In this document: in pieces, positions 12,853-26,175 of the stretch
Layout of the letters: every line of letters begins with the position of its first letter
How positions within the stretch are numbered: position 1 is the stretch's first letter
Source: Octopus bimaculoides
Taxonomy: Eukaryota
DNA: 64,000 bases
Reading direction: 5' to 3'
Assembly: GCF_001194135.2 (NCBI RefSeq)
Contig: NC_068985.1
Location: 104,927,319-104,991,318, forward strand
Made by a program: the position numbers and the translations under genes
Notes under the pieces: generated by a model
Told to the model about the DNA's origin: nothing
Databases searched by the model: none
Seen by the model: only the letters and a program-made list of their open reading frames with translations

Positions 12853-13041
12853 TTAACCTTTTAGCATTTAAACCAATCAATATCCGGCTCAGATATTCTA
12901 CCTGTTTTATGTTCAGATTGGCCAGATCCGGTCTCTCACACCTACCATATAATGTCATTCTAAAAATACACAATTGTACCAAAATTTCAAAGCTACAAAA
13001 TCATTTCATTTGACAAAGTAATCTGAATGCTAAGGGGTTAA
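12853..13041. mobile_element. TTAA-flanked piggyBac-like MITE, family B
   Basis: ttaaccttttagcatt...aatgctaaggggttaa. Related copies at 45221-45444 and about 45850-46069. Confidence 0.7.
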
Positions 13042-14510
13042 GGAAAATATGACAGTTTGATGTACAGCTTCCAACTGCACTTTCACTTGCTGGTACCACT
13101 GTTTGTTTAAGTATAAGGATGGAAGTGGATTTTATGGTGGTTGAGGACATCTATATCTCAAGAAGTGGGACACTACCTTATTAGCTGATGCACTACCTTA
13201 TTAGATTATTAGAGATAGATTGCGGCAATAAGTCAAGGAAAGAAAGACAGCAATGAAAACCAAAAGTATATGCACAGTATACAAAATAAAACATAGCAGC
13301 CACAACTTGATTGTTAAGATATAAATTGAAGTAACTCAAGAAAGAAAAGAAAGAAAAATTGTGTAGGTTGGAATTAAGTACTCTCTGATTTACAAAAACA
13401 CAATGCAACATCAGTACCATGATGTGAAATCAAGGTATAGGGGCTGAAAAAAATCTTATATGCAACTCTGTGTTCAGACAACTTATAACAAAATTGCTGT
13501 TAGCTAAGATTTAGCTGTGATTTGAATTCTCTGAATTAAATGATTGATGGTGGACGTGTAAATTTAAATATTGTCAGTTAATACTTGATTAGTAAATCCC
13601 TAATCCTATTAGAAAAGAGGATTACATCACATACTGGAATGTTCAAATCATAGATAAGTAGCGGTTTTAAAGTTATAATATAGTTATGTAAATCCCTTCC
13701 AAGGGATCAATATTGATCTAGAAATAGAAGGAAAGTATAAAATGTAGTTGTCTTTTGTGTGTCTGAAATGTTAACTAACTGCATGTGTGTCACTTAAAAC
13801 CAAGGCAGGTGTGTCCATGCATACACGTATGTGTGCACATCCATGCATGTGTGTGTACATGCAGATGCATTCTGATGTAGCAATAATTATTCAGTCAACA
13901 GCCTAAGACCGGATTTTTGATGACCAATTAGAATCTCTTAACTTACCTTTGTAATAGGCCTGAGGAGGTTATGGGAGGGTACAGCTTCTCATCTCCATCA
14001 ATGTGAGATTTTGTGGCTAATAAACAATTGCAAGTATGCATACGTGTGTACGTGAGAGGGAGAGAGAGAGAAAGAGAGAGAGAGAGAAATAGAGAGAGAA
14101 AGAGAAAGAAAGAGAGAAAGAGAGAGAGAGATGAGGTCAGACAAATCTAGTACCATCTCCAGTAGATGGGCAATATTGTGCAGTGACTGAAAGAGGGGGT
14201 TGGTGGAGAGATGATGAGTGATAGAGAGGTGAGTGGCTGAGTAATGAGTGATATGGTTGAGTGATGAAATGTGTATAATAGGGCTGAGTGATGAAACATG
14301 TGTAACAGTGATGAGAGCTGAATGAATAGCAGGATAAGTGATAGAAAGTTGAGATGATATCAAAAAGGTCATTGGAGACTTGACAGGCATATATTAAGTG
14401 AGAGACACATTTCAACCCATAGTTAAGGTTGTTGAAAGCTTAACACTCGAATGTATGAACATAGTCGTGGTGTGAGAGAAAGAGAGAGAGAGGCTATAGG
14501 ATACAGCAAA

Positions 14511-14897
14511 GGTATTTGTTGGCACTCCGTCGCTTACGACGTCGAGGGTTCCAGTTGATCCGATCAACGGAACAGTCTGCTCGTGAAATTAACATGCAAG
14601 TGGCTGAGCACTCCACAGACGTGTACCCTTAACGTAGTTCTCGGGGATATTCAGCATGACACAGAGTGTGACAAGGCTGACCCTTTGAATTACAGGCACA
14701 ACAGAAACAGGAAGTAAGAGTGAGAGAAAGTTGTGGTGCAAGAGTACAGCAGGGTTCGCCACCATCCCCTGCCGGAGCCTCATGGAGCTTTAGGTGTTTC
14801 CGCTCAATAAACACTCAACGCCCGGTCTGAGAATCGAAACCGCGATCCTATGACCGTGAGTCCGCTGCCCTAACCACTGGGCCATTGCGCCTCCACA
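14511..14897 (-). mobile_element. Near full-length tRNA-derived SINE (distinct family)
   Basis: Minus strand begins ggaggcgcaatggcccagtggttagggcagcggactcacgg...ggtttcgattctcagacc (Pol III A/B boxes), followed by about 300 bp of non-tRNA body. No tRNA 3' acceptor end. Confidence 0.8.
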
Positions 14898-15844
14898 CAT
14901 GAACACAGTAGTAAGCAAAATATTATAGTTTGTGTGTGAATGTATGTATGTACACATGTTTGTATGTATGTGTGTATGCATGTTTGTTTGTATGTATGTA
15001 TGTATGTACGCATATTTGCATGTATGTGTGTCTGCATGGATGCGTTTGTATGCTTGTATGGATATGTGTTTGGACAGATAGATGGATGAATGAATGAATG
15101 AATGAATGGAAATAGAAATCCTGTGAAGGCATCCTCAGAATAAAGCTGAGGTCATGGTGCTAACTTCCAAAAGGGTGCATTATACAGGCTTTCCAAAACC
15201 TAATGGAGTAAGAGGGGTGGGTACATTGTTTAGAAAGTACGTATGGTTTTTTTTTAGCTGGAATAAAGTTATTTAAAGCAATAAACATTTTTGTACAAGT
15301 ACTAGTGTGACACAGTAACCTCCTGAAAGTAATTAACAGATTATTAGCAATATTAATAATTACTGCTAATGAGGAGAATAAAGTGAATCAAAAATAAGTA
15401 ATCTTTGCTGAGCATGTTCACACTAGTCTATTGAGGAGCAACAGAATATTTAAATGAATGGAGAGAGAGAAATTTTTGCAAGACATCAACAAAGAGACAA
15501 TATTANNNNNNNNNNNNNNNNNNNNNNNNNNNNNNNNNNNNNNNNNNNNNNNNNNNNNNNNNNNNNNNNNNNNNNNNNNNNNNNNNNNNNNNNNNNNNNN
15601 NNNNNNNNNNNNNNNNNNNNNNNNNNNNNNNNNNNNNNNNNNNNNNNNNNNNNNNNNNNNNNNNNNNNNNNNNNNNNNNNNNNNNNNNNNNNNNNNNNNN
15701 NNNNNNNNNNNNNNNNNNNNNNNNNNNNNNNNNNNNNNNNNNNNNNNNNNNNNNNNNNNNNNNNNNNNNNNNNNNNNNNNNNNNNNNNNNNNNNNNNNNN
15801 NNNNNNNNNNNNNNNATGACCCCCGTCCCTTGAGTCACATTCTG

Positions 15845-17700
15845 CTGATTAATAATAATCCTTTCTACTATAGGCACAAGGCTTGAAATTTTGGGGGTGG
15901 GATTAAGCCAATTACATTGATCGCAGTAGTCCACTGCTACTTAATTTATCGACTCCGAAAGGATGAAAGGCAAAGCTGACCTCAGTAGAATTTTGAACTA
16001 ATAATAATAGTAATAATTTTTGTAATTTTGGTGCAAGGTCAGGAATTTTAGGGGTTGGGTAATTACTTCAACCCCAGTGCTGAAATGGTACTTATTATAT
16101 CAACCCTGAAATGATGAAAGGTAAAGTTGACCTTGACAGTATTTGAACTTAGAATGTAAAGCCAAAAGAAATGCTAAGCATTTTGTCTGCTGTAGTAATA
16201 ATTCTGACAGCTCGATGTTTCAATAATAATGATAATAGTTACAGATTTAGGCACAAGGCCAGTAATTTCAGTGGTAGGTGGTCAGCCAATTACATTGACT
16301 CTAATGTCCACCTGGTACTTATTTTATCAACCCTAAAAGGATGAAAGGCAAAGTCGACTGCAGTGGAATTTGAACTCAGAGCTTAAAGATAGACATAATG
16401 CTTATTTCTTTACTGCCAACAAGGGGGCTAAACATAGAGAGGACAAACAGGGACAGACAAACGGATTAAGACGATAGACATAATGCTGCTAAGCATTTTG
16501 CCCGGCATGCTAACGTTTCTTATTTCTTTATTGCCCACAAGGGGCTAAACAAAGGTATTAAGTCAATTACATAGACCCCAGTGCGTAACTGGTACTTAAT
16601 TTATCGACCCCGAAAGGATGAAAGGCAAAGTCGACCTCAGCGGAATTTGAACTCAGAAGTAATGGCAGACGAAATACCGCTAAGCATTTTGCCCGGCGTG
16701 CTAATGATTCTGCCAGCTCGGCACCTCAAGAATATTAATCCTTTCTACTGGAAGTACAAGGCCTCAAATTTGGGGGAAGGGATTAAGTAGATTGCATCGA
16801 CCCTAGTGCATAACTTACTTATTTCATCAACCCCGAAAGAATGAGAGGCAAAGTTGACCCCAGTAGAATTTGAACTCAGAATGTAGTGACAGATGGAAAT
16901 ACTGCTAGGTATTTTGCCCAGCGTGCTAACGATTCTGCCAGCTCGCCACTTTAACAATAATTCTTTCCAATTTTCACACATTAGCAAAATTGTGAGAGTA
17001 AATCAATGACATCAGTCCTGGTGCTTAACTGGTCCTTTATTTTATCATACCTGAAAGGATGCAAGATAAAGTTGACCTCAGCAGGTAAAAAGCTGAAAGA
17101 ACTACTGAGCAACATTTCTTCCAATACACTAATGAGTCTGCCAGCTCTGCTTTATTATGATGATAATAATCCTTTCTACTACAGGTGTATTAGGAGTGTA
17201 ATGGGTGCTTTTTACATGGCACCAGCATCAGCTAAATGGTAACTAATTTCTTAATTCATTACAAGATAAATTTAAAGAGGAAAATTATGTAGTTATTTAT
17301 GCTTTTAATAAGATTATGTTTGGTGGAATTTTGTCTGTCATGTTCTGAGTTCAAATTCTACAGAGGCTGATTTTGCTTTTCTTCCTTTTGGGGTCAATAA
17401 AATAAGTACCAGTTGGACACAGGGGTTGAAGTTATTTACTAACCCTATCCCCCAAAACTGTTGGCCTTCTATCAAAATTTAAAACCAACACAAGAGGAAG
17501 GAATTGAAGGTGACAAGCTGGCAGAATTGTTAGAACATTGAATAATTCAGCAGCATATCTTCCAGTTCTTTATATTCCGAGTTGAAATTCTGAGGCTGAC
17601 TTTGCTTTTACCCTTTCAGGGGTTGATAAACAAGTACCAGTATCAATGTAATAGACATCCTTCTGTCAAAATTGCTGGCCTTGTGCCAAAATTAAAAATA
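15845..17700. mobile_element. Array of about 8-9 tRNA-derived SINE copies (mostly minus, last two plus), with nested insertions
   Basis: Repeated motifs aataatcctttctact, cccgaaaggatgaaaggcaaagt(c/t)gacc, gaatttgaactcaga and attctgccagctcg. Confidence 0.85.
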
Positions 17701-18826
17701 GGTAAAGTAAATGGAATTCAAATGAAAATTTGGTACCAAAGCTTACTTTTTCTTCTAATGATATGAGACACTTAGAAGAGCAGTTAGTATCAGTGGTCTT
17801 ATTCTTCAGCACCAAAATATTGAAGATCAGCAGTGAATTATATGGATACTTGTGTAAAAGTATAGGTTGATTCCACAACTTCAAGAATATATATATATAT
17901 ACATACACATGTATATATTATCACACTCAGTACCTGGAGAGACAGATAGAAGGATTTAAGCACTGCAACAGAAATGTGAATTTAGAATCACCTGTCTTAT
18001 GTAGGATTAGCAAGATTAAAAGATTAAATGAGTTTGGATTAGCACAACCAACCTTTTACATTACTGTACTGAAAAAAAAAATAAATAAATAAAAGAGCAG
18101 TAACCTTGGTTCAAAGCTCACTTTCAACTATCTAGCATCCAAGAAAAGTTAAGAGCAAACTGTTTAACACAAACTCTTTAGTAAATTGATAAATGGAACA
18201 ACTCAGCTGTCAAGTAGTTATTTCAAATTTTGATTAATGCTATGTGATCATATCAATATCCACTTTCTTTCCTATTCTTGCATGGATCAGATACGATTCT
18301 ACAACCAGATGCCCTTCATATCACTGACCTACGCTTATATTCAAGCAAGCTAATATTGTCTTTTGATCAGATGTTTTCACAGGTGAAAACTGTACCATTT
18401 ACATAACAGTAACACTGATTTGCAACCGTTAATACAAAGAAACATGAACACATACTCTCTCCTTTACTTGTTTCAGTCATTTGACTGTGGCAATGCTGGA
18501 GCACTGCCTTTAGTCAAGCAAAATGATCCCAGGACTTATTCTTTGTAAGCCTTGTACTTATCCAATCGGTCTCTTTTGCCGAACCGCTAAGTTACGGGGA
18601 CATAAAAAACGCGTGCAGGATATCACAGGATATCAAAAAATTAACTTAGTTAAATCCAGCACAACTGGTATTTATTTCATCAACTCAAAAACAGTAAAAA
18701 CTAAAGTAAACCTCAATAAGTTTAGAAAAAGATGTAAAGAGGTGGCACTGTTTTGTAAGATATTTGAAAACTGGCAACGAAGACAAAAATGAATTTCAGA
18801 AAACATTCTAAAAAATACACACAAAT

Positions 18827-18832
18827 TTTATT
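18827..18832 (-). terminator. Candidate AATAAA polyadenylation signal of the START gene
   Basis: tttatt on the plus strand, about 260 nt downstream of the stop codon at 19092. Confidence 0.4.
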
Positions 18833-19091
18833 TCATTAATAAAAAATGATATTTATAAAAACAAATTTATAAAGAACAGAAAAAAAAAAAAAATTCCAAA
18901 TGTCTTGTTTTCAGGACGAAATTTTGCTTTTCCTTCAGCAGTGAGTCCATATTATCCATGTAAGTTATCTAGATGATGTTTGAAGGAAAAAAAATCTCAG
19001 TTGAAGGTGCAAATCTGTTCAATCAGCAATTCAAAGGAGGTAACACCCACCCACCCTACCTTATATAACCTGTATATCCAGCAGAATTTGT

Positions 19092-19241
19092 TCAGCTACG
19101 TGCTGGAGATGTGTGATGACGAGCCCATACCACTGCCGATCGCAAGTAACGACGTAAATCTGCAATGCTGAGTGGTTGTCGGATTACAAGATCCTCGAAT
19201 GGATATCGATCAGTGGCTGTCTTTGGAGGACCAAAATCCAT
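19092..19241 (-). CDS. START-domain gene, terminal coding exon (MDFGPPKTATDRYPFEDLVIRQPLSIADLRRYLRSAVVWARHHTSPARS*)
   Basis: Acceptor ttatttattgcag, phase 0. RQPLSIADLRRYL matches the C-terminal helix of STARD9-type START domains (RQPL.IA.L..FL). Confidence 0.93.
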   Translation of the reverse strand: MDFGPPKTATDRYPFEDLVIRQPLSIADLRRYLRSAVVWARHHTSPARS

Positions 19242-20878
19242 CTGCAATAAATAATTGAAAACAAAAATTAAATTACATAGAGAAAAATATTCAATTCCAA
19301 GAAAAATTAATGTGAAGACAATTACAGTTGTCAAGTTAACGGAACCGGTTCTAATGCATGAACCACTTGAATTACTGAGTGGAAAATATTTCAGAAGTCT
19401 GGAGAAGGTAAATGATAATTGTTCCTGTATATTCTCCCTTGAATCCCTACAAGATAAAGGTTTGCAAGCAACCAAAAGAATTATAGGGTGCTTAAACCTT
19501 CTGATACCAACCTGCATAGGACTGTCCATGATTCTATAATACAAACTTCCTGTTTTATGTGATCTAAAAACTCCATTAAAATTTCATATCAATTTCATTT
19601 AAAAACACCGTTTTAGGAATGATAAAGTTATTTGATTAAATTCAATATTTTCAAAATTAATTAAAACAAAAGGCAGAGTATTTCAATAGAAATAATCTAA
19701 CAAAAAGGTTAATCTACCGTGAAACAATTTCTTTCAACACCTTGATATTTCCTACCACCAGGCAAACAAATTAAATCTGCTTCCCTACTACCAACTTTAA
19801 ACTACCACTGCTCAAACATGTTTTTAGAGGTTACAAGATAACCAGCATCAATCATAGATTTTATTACTAAGCATCAGTCCAATTTGCAGGTGGGTAGGAG
19901 TAACTAATGGAATCTATCCTTGTACATTATTGATATTTAATTTATTGATCACAGGACAGTGAGAAAAAAGAAAACTTGGTCTTGTAAGGACTTTAAAATC
20001 ATTGTGAAGGAAACTGACAAACTACTTAGCCATTTCTGTCAACTCATTATTTTTAAATGAAAACATTCACAATAGAAAAACAGATTAGGTATGGCTGTAT
20101 GGTTAAGAAAGTTGGTTCCTAAATATGTTTCAGGCACAGCTATTAAAAGGCACTTTGAGAAAGTTTCTTCTACTATAGCATTAGGCTGACCAAATCTTTG
20201 CAAGTAGGTTTGGCAAATGGTAAAATGGAAAGGTTATAGTGCATGTGTGCATAAAGACCCTTTCCTGTTCTGTCTGAGCATTAAAAAAGTATGGCCACCT
20301 ATTAGGGTGTGTGGCTTTCATATTTTAAGTGATAGATTTAATTCAAATGATGATGAATATTTGCCAAGATGCTTTAGATGTGAGCTCATTTGCTGCTAAT
20401 GTGAACTTCGAATTTCCATCTTTTAAAGCAAATAAAATAACTGACAAAAATATATTGAGGTTTATTCAGTTAACTATATCCCATGTCTACAAAAATGAGC
20501 CTGTGTCAAGTTAATGAAATTCATACAAAATTTCCAAGAAATATTCACAGAATAGGTAGATATATTCTAGCACATATTCAACTAAATGTGAGAGTAACAG
20601 CTTGAATATGGTTTTATCCACAAACTCATTGTCACATCAGCTTGCTATGACCAGCATGTCTGCAACAAGGAAGATATCATCAACAGAGTGTTCAACACTA
20701 AGCAAAATTAAAGAAAAATAACATACCCCACCCATGAAGTTTTTCAGTTATATTTTGCTCAGTTTTTTTTCCTATTTAAAGTTACACGTTAGCTAGTTTT
20801 CTTCAAATGCATTGTCCAATTTAAATTCAATACTCAGGTAGAGTACTACAAACAGGAATCAAGGATCTCTTTACTTAC

Positions 20879-20956
20879 CTGCATTATATATGTAACCATA
20901 GAACACAGCCGATTATCTTTGACCAATGGCTCGATTATCCAACCACTTGGCTTAAT
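20879..20956 (-). CDS. START-domain gene exon (IKPSGWIIEPLVKDNRLCSMVTYIMQ)
   Basis: ttttacag / gtaagt, 78 nt, phase 0-0. PSGWIIEP and VTYIMQ are START motifs. Confidence 0.95.
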
Positions 20957-21482
20957 CTGTAAAATAGAATTCGGTCATTTTCAAATTCTTTACTGGGATG
21001 AAACAACATACTAACAATTCATTCGACTTTCCTAATGACATTAAGCTATTTATCATTATATCCATGCTAATCAAACTGCACACAACCATCTTGGGTTTTA
21101 TTAACAGATTGCTTTATGGTGTATATATTCTTTACCTCCATCGTTAAGCTAGAATGTCTATTGCTGTTAATAGCTAGAATGTATGATGTTGAGAAAACCG
21201 TGTAATGGCTAAAACATTAACCATTACAAGAAAGACCAAACTACATTACCAAAGTAAAGAACATTTAGAAACATCTTTAATCACAGCACTTGGCTTATTT
21301 GCACATAGAAAATGTTATGGTAATGATGATGGTAGTGACTGTAAGAGAAAAAAAAAAGTGATAGCAGAAGGTTGTCTCCATAGTAGTAAATGTTAGTGAT
21401 AGTAACAGTAGTGCAAGGGAGTGGGGTAACAAGTGAATGGTAGTTTAAAAAAATAGAAAAAAAAATAAAAGGATCAACTAAC

Positions 21483-21640
21483 TATTGCTTTTGTAGCATC
21501 CTTGTCTCTCCGTGTATTCTCATAGTCTACTGACTGCATTGATAAAATGAAGCGGTTGTTTTCCAATCTTTCACTCAAAACAACACAAGCATCACAGCAG
21601 TCTTTACGGAATAGTGCAACCACTTCATGGTAGAAATATA
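21483..21640 (-). CDS. START-domain gene exon ((V)YFYHEVVALFRKDCCDACVVLSERLENNRFILSMQSVDYENTRRDKDATKAI)
   Basis: ctgttttgcag / gttagt, 158 nt, phase 1-0. Confidence 0.92.
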
Positions 21641-22751
21641 CTGCAAAACAGAAAAGAAAAAATATATAGGCAACTCGAGTCATTGCCAACAATATGTCAT
21701 CCTTCTGAAAGGCTTCCACACAGTTTCCTTTTTACAAGATTTTATTCACCCCCACCCCCAAGCTATAGCAGTGAGATATAAGAGCCTGGTTGGCTCTCGC
21801 ACTGAACAGCTCAAAGGATAAAGGCCAGACTAAAATAGACCTCTTTCCAGAGTTGAGAAATAGGTTTAATGTAGGGCCAACACCCTTACCTAGAAAAGAC
21901 CCAAATAACAATTCAAAACCAACAAGATCTGGGAGAGGAAGGTTCTCTCTCTATCTCAGGAAAGCACATGATGCAAAATAGTATCCAGCCTTCCTTTCAG
22001 ATTTTACTAAAGCAGAGCCAAAAAAGTAGGGATCCAACTGGAAAAGACAGCCCAGAATCAAGAGAGGTAGAGAAAAGTCAAAATATTCTATGCTCAATAG
22101 GGAGCAAAGGGCTTCTGCTATCTTTCTCATATTTAGGCTTTAAATGTATCATCTGGCACTTCCGCACCCAACCATCACGTATCTATACCATTGCAATCTC
22201 CTCTCTTATGCTCCACAACAAACACATCTGATACAGTTTCTCTCTTAGTACACTTGTGCTCCATCCTTCATGCATCTCCTTGCTAACCCTTGAACATTTT
22301 TATGCTTGATCCAACAGTTTAATTCTTCCAATCATTGCTTCTTTCTCAAGCATTTCCTTTACCATTGTGGCAGTTCATGATGATAATGCTACATTAGTCA
22401 TTAGAGACAAACCTCTAATATTACCTGATTGACAATCAGGATATTATAATTATCTCAACTATCCAACATGGTGCAGCTGCTTTCCCTGTCTTTATAACTT
22501 TAATGTCCCTTTCTACAACAACCTTAATAGCCAGTATTTATTAGACACTTTATGTAAACCAATCATTTTCCAACACATTTTCCTCATTCAGCAACTCCTG
22601 GTTGTATCTTTACAATAATAACTGTTGTGTTATTGTTAACTTGTAACTTTTTAATGACAAATTCACGACAAAGAATGGTCCAGAGCTAAAGAAATATGGT
22701 TCCCTCAATTAAATCTTAAATATGCAAAAATAACATTTTACTGAATCTTAC

Positions 22752-22794
22752 CAATTTTTAGGCTCTCAAGAAATGATTCCAAAACATCAACTTT
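22752..22794 (-). CDS. START-domain gene exon (KVDVLESFLESLKI)
   Basis: tttgtatttcag / gtaaga, 43 nt, phase 0-1. Bridges the neighbouring exons in frame. Confidence 0.9.
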
Positions 22795-24016
22795 CTGAAA
22801 TACAAACAAAAAAGAGTTGTAACAGTGAAATTACATTCAATATTGAAAAGAAAAAAAAAAGGTGCAAAAGAAAAAAAAAATCTGAAAGTGAAACCTGGTT
22901 AAGACTATAGGATGTAGATGAAGGGTCAATAATTCTAATATTAAGAGCTGGGAGACGTATCTGAGGAAGAAGGATATTTTTCATTCACTCATCCAGTACA
23001 TAACTAAATGAAGGAGCTAGTGAGAAAGTCTGTATGAAATTTTTAAATATGCTAAAAATAGCAGGATACCCTCCTCAAATCAGAACCTACAGTGTTAAAA
23101 GAATGAACTGGATAATGTAATTCTAGGTAATACACGTTTTTAAAAATAAAAAAAAATTAAAAAAACTTATGTCAGCTGGATCAGGACTGACCTGGGGTTA
23201 AACAACTGTAAAAGGATAGCATAGAAAGTTACAGCCTGCTGTAGATAACAAAAAAGGCTAGATAATTGACGGGTATATATTCAGTTTGAAGAACTATGCT
23301 CAATTTTTTTTCTTTCTTTCTCTATTTCACATTCTTTTTTTTTTTTTTTTATTGCATTTAGCTAAAAATTTCAGACTGAATTAATAAAATATATTCTCAA
23401 ATGAACAAAATTATTTTTACAGCATCTTAAACAGATTTAAAGAAATTGATAAGACTGAAGCATCAAGAAGCATCTACAGAGTATATTCAGGCTGTCAGTC
23501 GGATGCAAGAAGTTACAAGGGGAAATAAGTCATACGTTTTAAAACAGTTCTCAAATTACCTTAACCACCATCCCACTTAGCTTTGTTCGACTACCCCATT
23601 GTGACAATTCAATGACCATTATAAATTGAATTCACTGTGACCACATTTCCAAAAAGAATATACTGTCATTTTAGGTCCAAAGTACCAAAATAACCAGGGA
23701 CTATAAGAGGTTTAGTGAAATAAATTAATAAACATGCTTATCTATTGAAATTTAATGTTATATAATGAGATATTAATCCAAGATTTGAATTTAAATTTTG
23801 AAAACTATGAAACAGTTTCAGGTATGTTAAGAGTTGGAAGAGAGGCCTTAGAATCTGAAAAGCCAAAAGTTTGGCACTTTATTAACAAGGTTTATCCATT
23901 TCTCAGGAAAGCTAGAAATGACAATCAGATTCATAAAATTCAAAAGTAAATTAGCCTTTAGGCACTACGCTAAGCAAATGCATCACCACACTATGCAAAG
24001 TTTCAAAACTTCTTAC

Positions 24017-24113
24017 CTTAAGACTCTCATCATAAGTAAACTTTGTTCGTGGATTTCGAACTGTGTCCCATACGACTTTTGGAGGCACCTGGACTATACC
24101 TTTACCCATGTAG
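24017..24113 (-). CDS. START-domain gene exon ((S)YMGKGIVQVPPKVVWDTVRNPRTKFTYDESLK)
   Basis: ttttcacttcag / gtaaga, 97 nt, phase 2-0. Typical START N-terminal half. Confidence 0.95.
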
Positions 24114-25036
24114 CTGAAGTGAAAATGGAACACACAATTAGAGGATTAAGATTAAAAGGGAGCATTAAAATAGAAAAATAATTCCATATTGTAGTTCATT
24201 TCTGGTTGTCCTTAGAAGAAATAAAAGGATACATTAAATAAATTTTTTAGTTTCAAACAATAGACACTTCTACAATCAAACTCAACATCTTTAGCATTTT
24301 TTTTAAAATACAGCTTTTTTTTTTTTTTCAATTAATTTGGTGAAATAACCAGAGTTATTAAGCTGGTGATTGGAATATAAATTAGCATAAAATTGATAAA
24401 AAGTTTTAATTTAAATCATTTTAAAATAGGAAAGTTACATCAAAATGATCTCAAGCAGGTTGGTATCAAAAGGATTTTTCCTTCTAAAAGCAGTGAAAGA
24501 GTAGAAAAAGCAAATTATCAGATTAAATGGTTCTAAATATAGAGTGTAATTCTACATCCTGGTTTAAACTTAAAGTTTCTCCATTATTTATTTTTTTTTA
24601 GGATCAATAAAATGTATACCAGTAGAAACAATTATTTTAATCACATCTTTCTATAGCTGGATGTTCTTCCTGTCACCAATCCTCAAACTATTTTTCCAAT
24701 TAAGGAAATATTTCCCCAGCCTTTTGAACAAACAATGGACAGGTATATTTTTGCAGATGTTTGCAAACAAACAACATGTCAAGGCAATGGTAAGACTTAA
24801 GGATATACACACAAATAAATACACAAAAGTTTCTGTTAACCAATTTCATTCATAAGGCATTGTTCAACTCACAGCTAAAGCAGGAAACACCAGCCATTTG
24901 TGCTATGCAGTGGAAACAAACCCTGAACAACATGGTCCTGAAGTAAACTTAACATAAGATAAGGTCAATTCCACAAATTAACCCTGCTCCTGTGAATATT
25001 TGCTAAAATGGAGAGAAAAGAATCAATATTCCATAC

Positions 25037-25105
25037 CTTTGTAAAGAACTACCTTCTTCGGGGATTTTTCGTAAAATGACAATTTCATCATCTAAGCCAC
25101 AAAAC
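25037..25105 (-). CDS. START-domain gene exon ((V)FCGLDDEIVILRKIPEEGSSLQ)
   Basis: tttccttgcag / gtatgg, 69 nt, phase 2-2. Confidence 0.9.
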
Positions 25106-25821
25106 CTGCAAGGAAACAAAACAAAGGAAAATGTAAAAATACATTGTAAATTCATTTTTTGTTCTACATCTATTTTCCCTATGGGTTAAGTACATCATTG
25201 AAGCATTGTTTCAGTCATATGCCCTTCTTGTCACTAACTCTCACCTGCTTTTCAAGAAAAGAGACGATTTCTTGACAGAAGTTACAGCAACAGCACCACT
25301 TGTAGCAAGCGTCTTTTGTAAAATGCAAGCATAAACACACACATAAAGTGTGCTTCTTTCAGCCTACTAAATTCACTCACAAGGCTTTGGCTAGCCTCAC
25401 ACTATAACATTCAGCCTGCCAAGGTGTCACACAACAAGACTAGACCTGAAACAATGTGGCTGAGAAGTAAACTTCTTGAAACACATGGCCATGGCTGTGC
25501 TCTTTATTCATTCAATTGGAAAAGTAATAATGCATTTCCTCTAAATTTTTCTATCATTACAAATTATGTCAGAGATGAATCCAAGTAAAACAACACTAAA
25601 TCTATACCAAACATTATCTTTACAACAGGTTTCTAAACTCAAAATTATGTGCATCACAAAGGAAAATAATCATTTGTAAATTTCCTTTAAGCATTTTCTG
25701 AAGATGGAATTAAAATCAAAGGATTTTAAGAGACAATGGAGACAAAATCCACATGAAGAATAACAAGTCAAGTTAGTGCTGTCATAATGTAACTAGAAGG
25801 AAAAATTGCATTAATATATAG

Positions 25822-26175
25822 CATGGCTGTGTAGTAAGAAGTTTGCTTTCTAACCACATGGTTCTGAGTTCAGTCCTACAGTGTGGCACCTTAGGTCAAC
25901 CAAAGCCTCATAAGTGAATCTGGTCACATGGTTCCGAGTTCAGTCCTACAGTGTGGCACCTCAGGTCAACCAAAGCCTCATAAGTGAATGTGGTAGATGG
26001 AAACTGAAAGAAGTCACCACTTGGCAACTAGTTTTCGCATGTTTATGTCTCTACACCAATAAAATGAATACTAAGCTTTAAAAACGTAAGTTCTCAGATT
26101 AATTCATTTGACTAAAAATTCTAAGATGTGCCCCAGCAAAGGCCACAATAATGACTGAAACAAGCAAGAGATAAA
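25822..26175 (+). mobile_element. OR-like SINE with internal 70-bp tandem duplication
   Basis: Head tggctgtgtagtaagaagtttgc. Duplicated units at 25855-25924 and 25925-25994. Tail atgactgaaacaagcaagag. Confidence 0.75.

Noticed and set aside
14820-14897. tRNA-like sequence as a tRNA gene
   Set aside because: It is a SINE head: it continues into SINE body and lacks a complete cloverleaf. The same applies to the other SINE heads.
15845-17700. Repeat array as CRISPR-like
   Set aside because: Units are long, diverged, nested SINE copies in eukaryotic DNA, with no fixed repeat-spacer periodicity and no cas genes.
19242-19544. In-frame open extension upstream of the last exon
   Set aside because: A good acceptor at 19242-19243 gives a contiguous START domain, and the extension has no protein-like signal.
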